A stretch of 60,018 bases of DNA, the filler included. It is 6 parts of 6 records of this genome, joined end to end, with 100 filler letters (N's around TTAATTAATTAA, not from the genome) between each part and the next. Parts side by side here need not be neighbours in the genome. Positions count along the whole stretch, not along the records: positions 32,186 to 40,193 come from DRR378314_1855; positions 40,294 to 47,225 come from DRR378314_1856; positions 47,326 to 54,245 come from DRR378314_1857; 3 more parts are not named here. One strand, 5' to 3'. A model generated the notes under the pieces. That model worked only from the letters and a program-made list of their open reading frames with translations, was not told where the DNA came from and did not search any database. Of this stretch, positions 38,201-50,800 are shown one piece after another (the first letter of the stretch is position 1; each line of letters starts with the position of its first letter). The position numbers and the translations under genes were made by a program.

Positions 38201-39859
38201 TTCCGTTATTGTACCTGTCTTGTCGGAAAGAATCACGTCTACTGCTCCTAAATCAAATGCCAAATTGCTAGCTCGCACAAGACAACCACATGTGCGAGCA
38301 CAGGAGATGTCAGTGTCGTTCAGCGCGGTGGGCTCGCTTGGGAATGTTACCGATGCTACTTCGCCAGTATCGCCCACCTCCTGCACTTGCTGCTGCGCGC
38401 GGAAGTATGAAAGAAGGCGACTGCGGCGCCGAGGCGTTTCACTGTCTACTTCCTGCGGGCTTATCGCAAACGATGATCTCCGCACATGATATCCCTGCGC
38501 TCTATGAGGAAGGCGAGCGCGGGCTGGACGGGGCAGCATTCGCTTTCTCGCCACGTGGTCCGTGCGCGGCGTTGGCGCGTCGGTGTTCTCGTTGACGTCC
38601 TTGATAGGTCGATCCTGGTCAGTGCGCCTATCAAAAAACATCGAGCAGTCCCACTCCATAAACTTGCTCTGGAAAACACGCACGATCTCCAATGAGACCA
38701 TGAGGGACATCGGTATTAACGAGTTGAACAAAATTACGTATGCGACGAGATTCTGGCCAAACCGCGCTGCCAGTGATATCTCGTTGCTGGCGAGAGAGTC
38801 AGAAAGTAAAATGCGCTGCATAAACGCAGCTTTGTTCCGTTCAAACTGCACGCTCGCCAATGAACACCCGACGCTTAGTATTATTTGAATTATAAGCGCA
38901 ACCACAATAAAGCGGTTGATCACACGTTCCAAGTGAGTGAACTTGGGACGAGCTGTTGCTTGGTTCCGCGCCACTCGTGTGTCGGGACCAGCGTACAGAA
39001 CCAGTCCACACATCCAGTTCGTATTCTGGAGCCTCGACCCCCGAAGTGCCACATCACTGAGATTAAGTGGCAGTTGAATCGATTGATCAGCTTCATCGCC
39101 GGTTGCGGATGGAATTTTGGCATAAAACTGACCAACAAGTTCATGGAGCTTGGCGTTTGGCTCCTCTGCCCGCACCTTGCCGGAGATGTGCACCAGATCC
39201 TCCGGTACAAGGTGACGTAGCGCATGTAAAGCAGTCTTCTTTTTCAGATTGGCCTCTCCATCTAGGTTTGCAGTCTCAAAATAGCACTCGGAGTGAGGAG
39301 AGCTGGACAGAAGAAGAACAACGTCTGCGGGTACAACTTCATCATTCCGCACGAGGACGATACTGCCACATTGGACACTTTCCGTCTTCGTTTCAACAAA
39401 TTCACCCGTAGCAGCTCGCTGTATACGGGCAGGACGCCGATTCTGCTCTTGGTCAGCCCGGAATCGACTGATTGCTTCGAGTGCATCCTTGACTGCGGAC
39501 ACTGTCAGGACAAATAGCAGCGCTAATATCGAAGTTATCGGCGAAAGCGGACTCGGACTCGGCAGAAGCTGTAGGCAAACAATTATTAAAAAGTAAAAAT
39601 TCGCAAGGCGCCGAAACTGCTCGAACAGGTTTTTGGGAAGAAAATTCCACAATGTATACTTGGAGCTCCGAATCGCGTTGTTTGGTCGACCAGCAGCACG
39701 ATTTGCCTCCGCATTGTTTATGAACACAGCATACTCTCCACTGGTATCGCCAATTTCAATACTTTGTATTTGAGGCGCTGATTTCGCCCTATCACCGACG
39801 TTACATGTCGCCGGCATAGGAGGCGGAGTGCCAGAGTGCGCAGCTGTTCCGTGGAGCAT
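32213..39859 (-). CDS. Eukaryotic phospholipid-transporting P4-type ATPase (multi-exon; start and 3' end approximate)
   Basis: KY...[74 protein letters not shown] exons about 39859-36872, 36643-36371, 36031-35846, 35254-35075, 34714-34604, plus less certain exons down to about 32213. Confidence 0.9.
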
Positions 39860-40193
39860 CGGATCGCTAGGAGGTCGATATCCTCTCTACAGTCAGTATT
39901 GGCAATGATCCAAACGCTTTTAGCCATAAGGACAGCGAACAACAATCGCGAGGCAGTATGCTGCGTGCACAGCATAGGAGAATAATTACGACGATGCCTA
40001 CTGATTACCGACAGGTGCTCATTGCAACGTCTTAGCTGCCACAATTCTGGTACCCGTCGAAAGGATATCGCATGTTGACTTCCTGGCAGAAAACTTTCGA
40101 CATGCGCTATCAATATTGACATTTTTTCTTCGCTAAGCTCATTATGTACGCTCTCTTCGTACGCTCTCTATGTACTTTCTCTCTATGTACTTT

Positions 40194-40293
40194 NNNNNNN
40201 NNNNNNNNNNNNNNNNNNNNNNNNNNNNNNNNNNNNNTTAATTAATTAANNNNNNNNNNNNNNNNNNNNNNNNNNNNNNNNNNNNNNNNNNNN
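40194..40293. other. Artificial contig spacer
   Basis: Same linker. Confidence 0.98.
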
Positions 40294-41908
40294 TCGCCCA
40301 TCGATGCAGTGCAGAAAATTTCAGAAACAACATCTCTCAAACATGAACTCTGTTCACTGAATTCTAGCACATGGGGTGACAAAAGATTTCTGGGCGAGAA
40401 GAGAGCTCGTGTAAGCAAGAAGTGGTCCAGTAGCGTCCCGGCTACACGCTTCGCGCAACAGCGTCCGTCCCACGCGCTGGGCGAAAGAACGCTGGAGGCA
40501 GTGTTCGCAGATTGCGCGCCGGCTGCTCATAGCGCTTGTTGCTGATGGTAGTTTCTAGGCCGTTATATCCCAAGGAATACACAATAGCGGCGTGAGAGCA
40601 TCTTTGCAACGTACTGCTTCGGTTTCGGTTTCGACGTCGTTGGCCTCGCGCCTCCATCTGAAGACGCGACTGTTCGCCGTCGCGTAAACATCAAGAAATC
40701 AACGGCTGGTCTGCACGAGCTAAAGCGAAGAGTCGTAAAGGGCACGAAGAAACCTCATCGCGTCATCCATGTACATCACGATGCGTTCTCTTGATCATAC
40801 GGATTAAGCGCGGAAAGTATCATCTTCGCGGGAAAGTCGGGGATGTTGCGCCTTTGCTCTGCCGGACGCGTCCGCGACAAGAGCAACCGAGCGCGTGCAG
40901 GAACAATGACCAACGCAGAGAAACCGAGCATCCCGACCGTACGGGAAAGCAAGCGCAGCGCGCGTGCACGAAGAACACGAGCGCCTACGCAAACAAAAAC
41001 ACATGTCCCTGCGCGATATTTCTCTTACTCTACGCACCAAAACTATCCTTTGGGGCAGCTGATCCGCCACCGAGCTGCAGGCGGGGAGGAGTCACAAGCT
41101 CAGTCGGCACGCAGGAAGCAGCCGGGAACAGCTGGTGCTCACTCCTGTTCCGGCAACGGTCGCTACGCGCGGCGCGACGGAGTGAGTCCGCCACGATACT
41201 CTCAGCGCGCACAGCCGCCGTCGCAGCGAAATCTCTCGAGCGCATATGATCACGCTAATACGATTGTAAACGATGAGTTCTTCAATAACAAAATTATCGT
41301 AGTGCTGTGAAAAAACGCGCTCGCAAACGCGCATTCCACGCTAACGCCCAACGCGCGCGACAGGCTATCCTCTTACACGCGCTCGGATGACTGCGCGTTC
41401 GCGGGCGCGCAGTTGCGCGCGCATCACACAGGGGAGACTGCGCCGCTCCAGGCTCAACGGCACGGGCCTACAAGAAAGCAAGAATGACCCGTATCGATTA
41501 AACAGATCCATCGTACCGATTCTAAGGACACAAGGCGACCACGGGGCCGGAAACCCACCGCTCCGCAGGGAAAATACAGGGCGGCGACCTCAGCGAACTA
41601 CCGCCGCTATGGAGCGCTGCTGTGCCGCGGCGCGACGCGAAGCGTGCTGCTAACCCTACCCCTCGCCTGTGAGCCTACGCCGCGCCGCCCACGCCCGGTC
41701 CTCGAGACACCCGTCAGGGCCGTTCATGGAGCGTAGTTGTCCACAGTGTCGGCACACTGCCGCAGGGACGTGAACGTACCTGAAGGAAAACGACGCGAAT
41801 GTCTAGATTCGCAGTGCTCACGCCTGCGTAGAGAATATTCTTGAAGTTGACCTGGCCCCGCTGGGGCGCATAGCAGGCGCGAACGCTGAGGCCTGCTGCC
41901 CTGCAGCG

Positions 41909-44900
41909 ATGGCGTCCCTCACGGAAGCGCAGGCCGCGCACTACAAGACTTTCTTTAATCGTTATTCAGAGAGATACTGCGGATATATTACTGCAGAGGA
42001 ACTATTTTATATCATGGTACGTGCAAAGGCCTCCTTGGGGAGGAAATGCAAAGTGGGCTCTCCCAGCAGATGCCAGCGCCTGTTGCCGCATGGCGACCCC
42101 CGCATCGGAGTGCGGGCGGCTACGCCATCGTGACGGCTTCTTTGTTTCTCCAGCAGCACGTGTAGGCTTGCACGACCGCACCGATTTACTCTATATCTAT
42201 AGGAATAGAGACTCGGGGCAATATCGGTGTGTTTGCCTGAAGGTCCCATGTTTATCTTCGTGCTCTTCCTTCCAAAAATAGCGCGGGAGCATAGGCTCCC
42301 GAGGGTCCTTGAAACGCCTGTGGCGGATCGAGTGGTAACGTTTCACCCGCCGCTGCTGCACTTGCACTCATCGAGACGCAGTAGACTCAGAGCGAGCAGT
42401 ATCTTCCCAATACGCAATACGCTTAAAACGCATGCGCGATCAGCACATTAGGAGTATAAGGCGTTGGTGTGCCGTAACGCATGGACTAAGAGGGCTAGAA
42501 AAGGCGCACGTCATAAGCCGTAAGGAAAAGACAGCACCTCCTTACACTGTGTTCGGCTAGCTGGTAGAGACATTTTGATGGACGCGCACCACAGCCGCAT
42601 ACTCTCTGCACATTCTCATCTTAATACAGTCTGCCATACAATTGCGAAGAAATTTATTTTCCCACTATCGGTGCGGGCCTTAAGTGCGCCTCGCTTGGTT
42701 TCTGCAATGGTGGAACAGGGAACTGAAGAGGGAGAGAGCTCTCCGCGCGCAGCACTCAGTGCAGCCTCTCTGTCAGGCGCCCGAACACTTGACATACTAT
42801 GGCATAGCATTTGCACGTAGCGAGCCATGAGCCATACTTCCCCTTCCGCACAGCTCTGCTCCTCACATATGAACCGTGCATTTTCCTTTTGTCATTTGCT
42901 TTGTATTCCTCTCTCAGCCATACTTTGGTCGAGAACTCAGTTTATCGCGCACAAATGCTCTGGTGGAGGCATATGGGAGAAACGGAACGTGCAACTTTGA
43001 GGAATTTCTGCAACTACTGCAAGATTACGAGCTCTGCTTAGACGAAGAGCGAAGCGACGCTCAGCAGGCTCTTGAGCGTGTCCTCAAGAACCTTTCTGCC
43101 AATGGGAAACAAATTTCCATGCACACATTGGAAGAAGTGCTCAAGAGTGGGGCAGACCCACTATCTGACACAGAAGCGTCTAGCGTGCTCCAAGAGCTGG
43201 GCCAGAGATTCAACTTCGATGGGCACATGGCCTCGCTTCGCGCGAAAGACCTGCTCGCCGTACAAGAGGAAAGCGGTCAGCTAGCATGGATAGCTCCTGA
43301 GACCAAGCAGTCCATCTTTGAGACCACTGCATATCCCATTCGCCTTCGTATTATGCGCATTGTAAACTTGTCGGCCAAGGCCCGCGTAAAGTATCGCCGA
43401 GGTCAGGGCATCGAGTTCCGGTCACTAGATCCGCTGCTCGCCGTCGTCGTCGACAACCAGACCATCGCAACCACGCCGATCTTGACCGGTCACACCGAAG
43501 CTGAGTGGAATGTCGACGTAGTCTTCACCGTGAATCTTCCATCCATTCGCATACACGAAGCACAGCCCTGGATACAGGTACGTTTCCTGTACAACTCGAA
43601 GCTTTGCAATCCACGCGAACGGCCTGCTGTCCCCTTACTGGGTTGCGTTGGACCTCTATGCGGATATGCTGACTCATTCCTCCGCGAAGTGCACGCACAC
43701 GTTTTCTCCCATCAATACTTCCATTTAGGCTCAAGAACTACACCTGCTGATCTTCGACGCGTGCAACGGAGGGGTCGTCCCGCACATGGAATGGGTGGGG
43801 AAAGCGTCCGTCCCTCTGACCGCAATTCTGCGCCAAAACGTTGGCCTGTCCGACCTCGTCGAAGTGCCGCTCGTCGCGCCTTTCCTCGACAACTGCGACG
43901 ACAGCGTGCAGATCGAGTTCTCGCTGGAGCGACTGCCAACGCCTGGGACCGGAGACAGCATTCCTCTTTGCACAGAGCTGCTAGAGCGACACGAGGAGGT
44001 GCGAAGTTTTACATAATTTCGCATTTGTTGAATCGGACTGCCCTGAGCTCTTTCGCAAAAGGAAAACAGCACTGGAAGTGGATTAGATTGCGCGAATGTT
44101 GGCAATCAGTTTTGTTAGCCACTCATTTGAGTTCGCAGGAGGCGTGCAAGCCTCTCCTGCGACGTGTGTACGAGCGCGCGCTCTCAGTCACCCCCCTCGG
44201 CACTCGATTGCACTTCACGAATGCTTATACACATGACGGCTTCTCCGAACTGATACCTTGCAGATCCTTCGAAAATTCTTTACCGACAAAATCGAGCGAG
44301 ATCTGGCGCGCGGTCTGGCGAGAAACGCAGCGGAGGAAGCAGGCGACTCTGGATTATTCAACTACTATACGGAATTCGTCGAGCAAACTATGCCGCTCTT
44401 CCGCCGTCGCAACATCCGAATCCTTGGTCTTGATGAAACCGACACATTCCGTCTTATGTGTACATTTCTTCGCCCTACATCTTTCGGCGTGTCAGAGGAG
44501 CATGTGCAGTCACGGGAAGATGCAGCGCGCGCAGTCTCCCGCCTAAAGAACTGTTTGCACGAGGGCATCCCCTCCGTCCGCACGCGCCCGCCTCCTCTCC
44601 AAATACTCTCACCGTGGAATATCCTTTATCGAGGCGTAGCCAGTCCACTGGAGGCATCTATCATCCTTTGCAATATGTTTCTTTATCAAGGAGTGGACGC
44701 ATATGTGGCGGTCGGAAATTGCAGTGCGGGCTGCGAATGCTGTTGGGTCGTTTCCATCGACACCGTCACCAGCGAGGGCGTGTGCGCGCGCAGCAGCCCC
44801 GGAGCTAGCGAACCGACCGACCGATCTGCAACGTTTGCTGAGCGCTCGCAGTGTCCGCCGAGCAACTATGCTGCAAATCCCGACAATGAGATGACGCAAC

Positions 44901-46519
44901 CAAAGACCGCGATATCCCGTGAAGCCGTGAAAGGCACCGCCACTGCTGCCCTTCGGGAAAAGCTCGCGTCATTGCGCGCGAGAATGCGCGAGCAAGGACG
45001 CGCCAAGTTTCGCCAAACAGCTACAGCAAAGGACCGCTCTACAAAGGAAACGGTAAGGTCAACGAACAGCCTCAGCAATGCATCGGGCATGACAATAATC
45101 CAGACTCTTAAACCCAAGTGTAGCCCAGTACTGGATGCGTAGACGCCGTTTGCAGGGCTGCAGCCTTTGGACGCCACGCAGCTGCAGCCTGGGAACGCGA
45201 GAACAGGAGCGCTGGATAGCTTGCTTGGGAGATCTGCTCCACCACGTACTCGGTTCCACCGCACTGTATCACGTTCTCCAGATCACAATTGAGGTAGCAT
45301 CTACATATTTGGATGGAAATTTGAGTGCAAAATGGTCGATTATCTTCTGTTCCAAGGGATAGGTGTGACAAACGCGCGCGGCGCAAAAAGTTAGCGGCGT
45401 GCAGGCATCCAACTCTTCCAGCCTGCCTCGCTCCTCAGCTCTCGCTGGCATCGCCGAGAGGGTTTTCGCGCTACTTCCAGGAAGGACGCAAAATGCATTC
45501 TGACGGTTTGATCATGTATGTCTGTGTATAAAATTGAACGCGAATAGGCAGGAGAAATAACGAATCGGAAACTATTGCGCAAGCAAAGCCGCGCAGCCAT
45601 TCCCATTTCGCGCGAGGATCTGGCGGCGAGACGTGACCGACCCACAGTTGACGGAGCTGTGTCGGTGTCCGTCCTCGGGGAGTCGACAGGGGAGGATTCA
45701 CGGTCACCAAGAGGCTCTTTGCACGCGATTAACTCGCCTCGTCACAGCCGACGACCAAAGTCTTTCTTAAGCGAGGACAGATCATCTGAGCGAAGCGGGG
45801 AACCAGGAGACGCCCAGAACAAATTTGTAACGCATTGGAATCCAGTCACTGGCGAGGCGCTGACAGATGACAGCGACCCAGCGTTCCCATTCAAGCATAT
45901 AGGGAGCTTGTTTAACGACAGGAACATATGGCTGAACGTAAGTCTTTCAGGTCTTACCGAAGACTGTTTGTGGGACCTCCTTGACGAATCGCAATGGCTC
46001 CCTTTCCTCTGCAGGGAAGCAGCCGAGGAGTACGGGCAAGTTGTTTGCTGGTACGACGACTTTGACTGCGGGGAAATCCGGGCACTGTCTGAGCCGCCCA
46101 TGCCAAGCCAGGTGCTTGCCCAAGAGCTGTTGGACGCTATTCGCCTCTACCGCCGGAACGTGTTATACGTACCAGAGACTCGGTTTCAGCGAGACTTTTC
46201 CCAGGTACTACAGCAATCCTTGCAAGACTGCGAAGAGGCCTGGAACACGCGGGACCCGTCCTTCTTGGAGAGCATCGAGCGCCAGCTGCAAGAAGATCTT
46301 CCTGATCACGCCATCTGGCACGGAATACCCATTCACTTCAAGACGCCAGATATTAGTACCATTATGCAAAAGCTAGTGTGGAGTGGTATTTTGGATGTGA
46401 CGGTACCCCAGGCTACGTATGTTCTTGCCGCACGGGTGTTCCGGCACCCTCTTCGCCTTGTCTCGGTCTGGGTATGGGTAGGCTACCTGATTGACCTGAA
46501 TCATATTGTAAAGCAATGA
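41909..46519 (+). CDS. Eukaryotic EF-hand-like + C2 + CEP76/CC2D2A-like protein (multi-exon)
   Basis: Exons about 41909-42016, 42918-43577, 43729-43998, 44264-45052 and ~45550-46519. Calmodulin-like N-terminus (GYITAEEL, GTCNFEEF), C2-like DP...TT......WN...F, then ILCNMFLYQGVDAYVAVG...WVV and HWNPVTG...IGSLFNDRNIWLN...WDL...W as in CEP76/CC2D2A C-termini. Confidence 0.7.
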
Positions 46520-47225
46520 AAAAAAAATAAACCAAGAAGCATGTGTCGTCTATTCAAGATTATTTTTATCATGAAAATGAACCAGAACACCCAGTGGTAC
46601 AGTCGCGCTACCTCTTTGAGCAATGCTTCGTGAGTTTGAGGAAGCCAGGAGCAAGAGAAGCAGTTCGGCCACGCCGTCGCGCACACAAAAAAAGCACGCC
46701 CCAGCGCTCACTTGTATATTTCAGAGCTCTTGGTGACGTACGCCGTGTGTTGGTGTGGCTCATATGATGTCTCACGCACGTACTATGCAGCCTAGTGTGA
46801 TTTTTTCATTGGCACGCGAAGCGGTAAGGCCTCGATGCAGTGCCGCCAGTTGCGGTGTTGACCAGGACAGACTATTGCGGCTGTGGCAGCTTTTCAAGCG
46901 CGCAGAAATTGAGAGGCGATGTTTTCCTCGCAGACCGCCCAAGGGGCGGAACAGGCCTGGGTTTGGCCTGCGGCGACGGGGTGGCGCTTCGCAGCAGTAG
47001 AACTTCTCCTGTCCAGATCAGATGTAATTGGTATCATCCGTGCACTCCGTTTTTGTCATCAAGCTCCAGTCATTGCCGACTCCAGTCCTTCGAGGAGGCA
47101 AGTGCTTGCACAGCAACCCACTGCACTCGGCACCCGGCGCCTTTTGACTCTTCAGCGCGGAGAGCATCCAGTTCCAAGCGCTTGTCCGTCAAACGTGGTA
47201 CACACACACACGCGCGCGCGCGCGC

Positions 47226-47325
47226 NNNNNNNNNNNNNNNNNNNNNNNNNNNNNNNNNNNNNNNNNNNNTTAATTAATTAANNNNNNNNNNNNNNNNNNN
47301 NNNNNNNNNNNNNNNNNNNNNNNNN
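47226..47325. other. Artificial contig spacer
   Basis: Same linker. Confidence 0.98.
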
Positions 47326-47816
47326 ATTCTCTTCCATTCTCTTCCATTCTCTTCCCTCCACCATGATGCGGTTGGTCTGTTCTGGTACTTTCCCCGACTT
47401 TCCCGCCGATATGCCGTACCTGCATTCATCCCCGTTCCCTGCGGAATGATTACGATGGACATGGTGGGAACGTTGGAAAGAGAGCCGGTGGCTTCCACCA
47501 TGAGCGACTGTGCGCCCTGTTGCTTCGCACCGACGGAGAGCAGCGGTTGACCGAGCTGCGTGCGAACACCAGGCGTATCCGGAAGATGAACCTACGAGAA
47601 CCACGAGGCAGCAGAACGAAGCGGGGGAAAGGCACCGTGAGCGCCATAGGCGGTGTCGCGGTACGAGCAGAGCGCGCTTGAGGCACACGGATGCGACGGC
47701 GGCGGGAATGGGTCCGTTGGCCCGTCCGTTACATCGAGTGCCAGTTCCTCCACAACGCACAGTCACGGCCCACAAGCACAAGATGATGATGATCGAAGCT
47801 GTGGAAAGCAGCTCAC

Positions 47817-50800
47817 CTTGACGCTGGAGAAGAACGTATCGGTTTTGTTACCGACATAGATCGCCATGCGGCCCTGGCGACCGCGGAACTCGCTCTTGCA
47901 TCCGATCTGGACGGCTTCGCTCTCAAAGAGGACTCCGTTGAACGCGGTGGCGAACGAACGCAGCCAGCGATCGTTGGTCTGCACCGAGGACGCGGCGCTG
48001 CACGAGAAAAGAACGCGGAGAAACACAGAACAAGGTTGTGAGCGAGCAGAGACGCCCATCGCGCTCGCGCGCTTTCGCCCAACCATGAACGGATGCAACT
48101 CGGCTGCTTACGCGACGAAGCTTCTCGAGCGCTCGACATTCACCGCCACGCTGCTTCACCGCCACGCTGCTTCCCCGCGTCCACCACAGCGACGTACCGA
48201 GGACGAGCTGGCGCACCGAGGTGACCGTGGAGGTCCTTCTGGTTGTTGTAGAGATCGTTGTGGTCGAGGTCGTCGATGAGTGACGCGTTGGTAGCGGGTC
48301 CAGCGCCCGGCGCCTCCGCCTGCTCCTGCTGCGCAGCGCCGCCGCCAATACCGAGCGCAGCGAGATCCGATGCGATGTCCGACGGCTGCGACGCGGCAGC
48401 CGCCGGCGGCGCATCGTCCATGAGATCAAGCAGCGACCCCGCGTTCGCCTGCTGGGCCGGTGCGGGCGCTGGTGCCGCTGCGGTGTGTGTCGGTGCGGCG
48501 CGGTGCGGCGCATCCGGTACTTTGTCCAGCGACACGGTCTGGCCCGAGCGCTCGCCCTCATCGGCATCCTCATCGCCGTTGTCCCACGAGGCGAACTCGT
48601 CCTCGCCAGAAGACTCTTTAATGTGCCTGTGACACAACGCACAGCGAATCAGCAGCGACGCGACGAGGAACGGGCGTGCTTGCGTGAGAGAACTTCGCAC
48701 AGAACGCAGAGAGGGATTCCGCGTGTACGAGGGTTCACAAGTGCAATACACCGAGAAACCGACGTGCTCCCAGCGAGCAGCCGCGGTGGGAGATGCGAAG
48801 CACCACTGCTATTCTCCGCGCAACGGTACTTGCACTCCATTACACGGAAGGATCTCGCAGAAGCATATTCGAGCGATCGCAGGATGATTGTTGCCGCGAC
48901 CGAGCGCACTCGCGCTCCCTCGGTCGTTCTCCAGCTCGCGGCACTCGCACCGCCGCACACCACCGCTTCTCGACCGCGGTACTTGATACGAACATAAACC
49001 ACCGCGCGGTTCAGGGAGGCGCTTCCGCGGCGCAGACACTCGATCGTGACCAGCCCGCCTGCGTGATGCGGCACGGATTGTGTGCCATGGACCACTGTAA
49101 CGCGCTTCTCTCCATCAACGTACTTGAGAAGGCGATTCTCGCGCTCTTCCGGGAAGTTTGGCATCTGGTCCAGCACAGTCGCCGTCACGTTGTTGAGCGA
49201 GGAAAGGTGCTCGTACTCCACAGCGCGCTGCTGCAGCTCCGCGTCAATGGACGCGTTGTAGCTGCGCAGCGTTTGCAGGACACGGTCTTTCACCTCCGGA
49301 TACAGGTTGGCAAACTTGGCGAGCGAGGAGAGGATAATCGCCTGCAGAGTAAAAGGAACGCGCATTCGCCCATGCACAGCAATGAGGATGAGGGAGCGAG
49401 ACGCGTCGTCACGCGACACGAAAGGCAACGCGGATTGGCGGACACAGACGTGCACGCCATAGACAACGGTCCACCGTGGCCATTTCGTGCATAGGGCGGC
49501 GATGTGAGAAGAAAGGAGCGTATACAAGAGGAGAGGGAAGAGGTGACCGTTACAAAGAGCCACAAGTAGAAGAGCCGGTGAACGAAGAGTCAGCACGAAG
49601 CGAAAACGCTGAGCATGCGCAGTGCATTCAAGGCTTCCGTTACCGTTATTCAACGAGTATACGCTTTGCTCTGCGTGTGCAATACGCTTTGTGAGCACCT
49701 ATGGCGGCATTCGTTACCACAGTATCGAGAACGTTGCGCTCTATCACCGCGACCAACGGCAACACCCAGCACGAGATCGTGCTGGTTTGCGGCGTCTTTT
49801 TCTCCGCAATGATCACTGACCTTGACACGAAGACCGCTCGACTGCAATCCATTCATGAGCAGCTCAAACTGCTCAGCGGGTGAAAAACCAGGCTTATCCG
49901 CCACAAGATGACCAAACTCGCCAAGAATGTAAGAGCCAACCTGCACAGCGGCGATGAAACAGGGTAATGCGCGACAATGAGCACGATAACGAGCTCGATG
50001 GGCGATAAGAAAATGACAAACACTTGTCTTTCCTACAGTGTCTGATTCGTAGTTCCTGCACGAGAGCGATGTGCGAGAACTGCGCGCACTGTGGAGAATG
50101 AGGTGGCGATCGAACCTTGAACATTGTCTCGTTAACGGTCGGCGATTTGAGCTCGTAGAAGATCTTCTCCGCCGCGTACGCCTGCATTCCCTCGCGATTG
50201 GTAATGATTCGTACGACACGGCTGCACAAAAGAGAAAAAAATACCGGAGTAGAACAGCAGATGTGAGATATACATTTGATTTTGTCTCAGTGCGAACATG
50301 TGACAAAATATACACCAACAAGTACATAGAGCATTCGCGATCGAACGAGCGAAGAACCAACAAAAAATAACTACGTACGAAAGCGGCGGAAGCGGATGCG
50401 TTACGCTGATCCGAATACACCTTTGCTGTTCACACAACTCCCAGAAGCAGAACAAGCAATGAAGGCGTCGCCGTTGTAACGGTCAGCCGTTGCACACAAA
50501 GCAGGCATGCGTTCTTCGCACAACGACTCAGCCGTTACACCCACAACCCGTGTACCCATTCCTCGCGCAACGGTTAGCCGTTAGACGAAAAGCGGGCAAC
50601 CACCTCTCTTGCAGCGTGCAGCCGTTACGCAGTGCACCACGACGACAAACGTGTCTACTCTTCATTTCGTCTTCGTGACTCTGTACGTATCCTCCCAACG
50701 CGCACAAACACCGCGAAACCGCTCTTCCGCGTCTCATCCGCTCCGCCTCGTCCATCAACCCCCTCACTTCCCTTCTCCAAACGCAATTCGCGAACGAACC

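Noticed and set aside
12847-40193. Horizontal transfer of a bacterial defence island into a eukaryote
   Set aside because: The junction is an artificial spacer; the bacterial contigs are intron-free with Bacteroidota-type organisation.
40145-40193. Short tandem TGTAC(G/T)-CTCTCT repeats at a contig end as telomere-like sequence
   Set aside because: Only about four imperfect units, not a known telomere motif; low-complexity assembly break.
40294-41900. Several 60-155 aa ORFs upstream of the EF-hand/C2 gene
   Set aside because: Arg/Ala-rich overlapping frames with no recognisable motif, as expected by chance in GC-rich DNA.
42876-44546. 556-aa ORF as a single protein
   Set aside because: It reads through introns; only about 42918-43577 is coding in this frame and the protein continues in other frames after GT-AG junctions.
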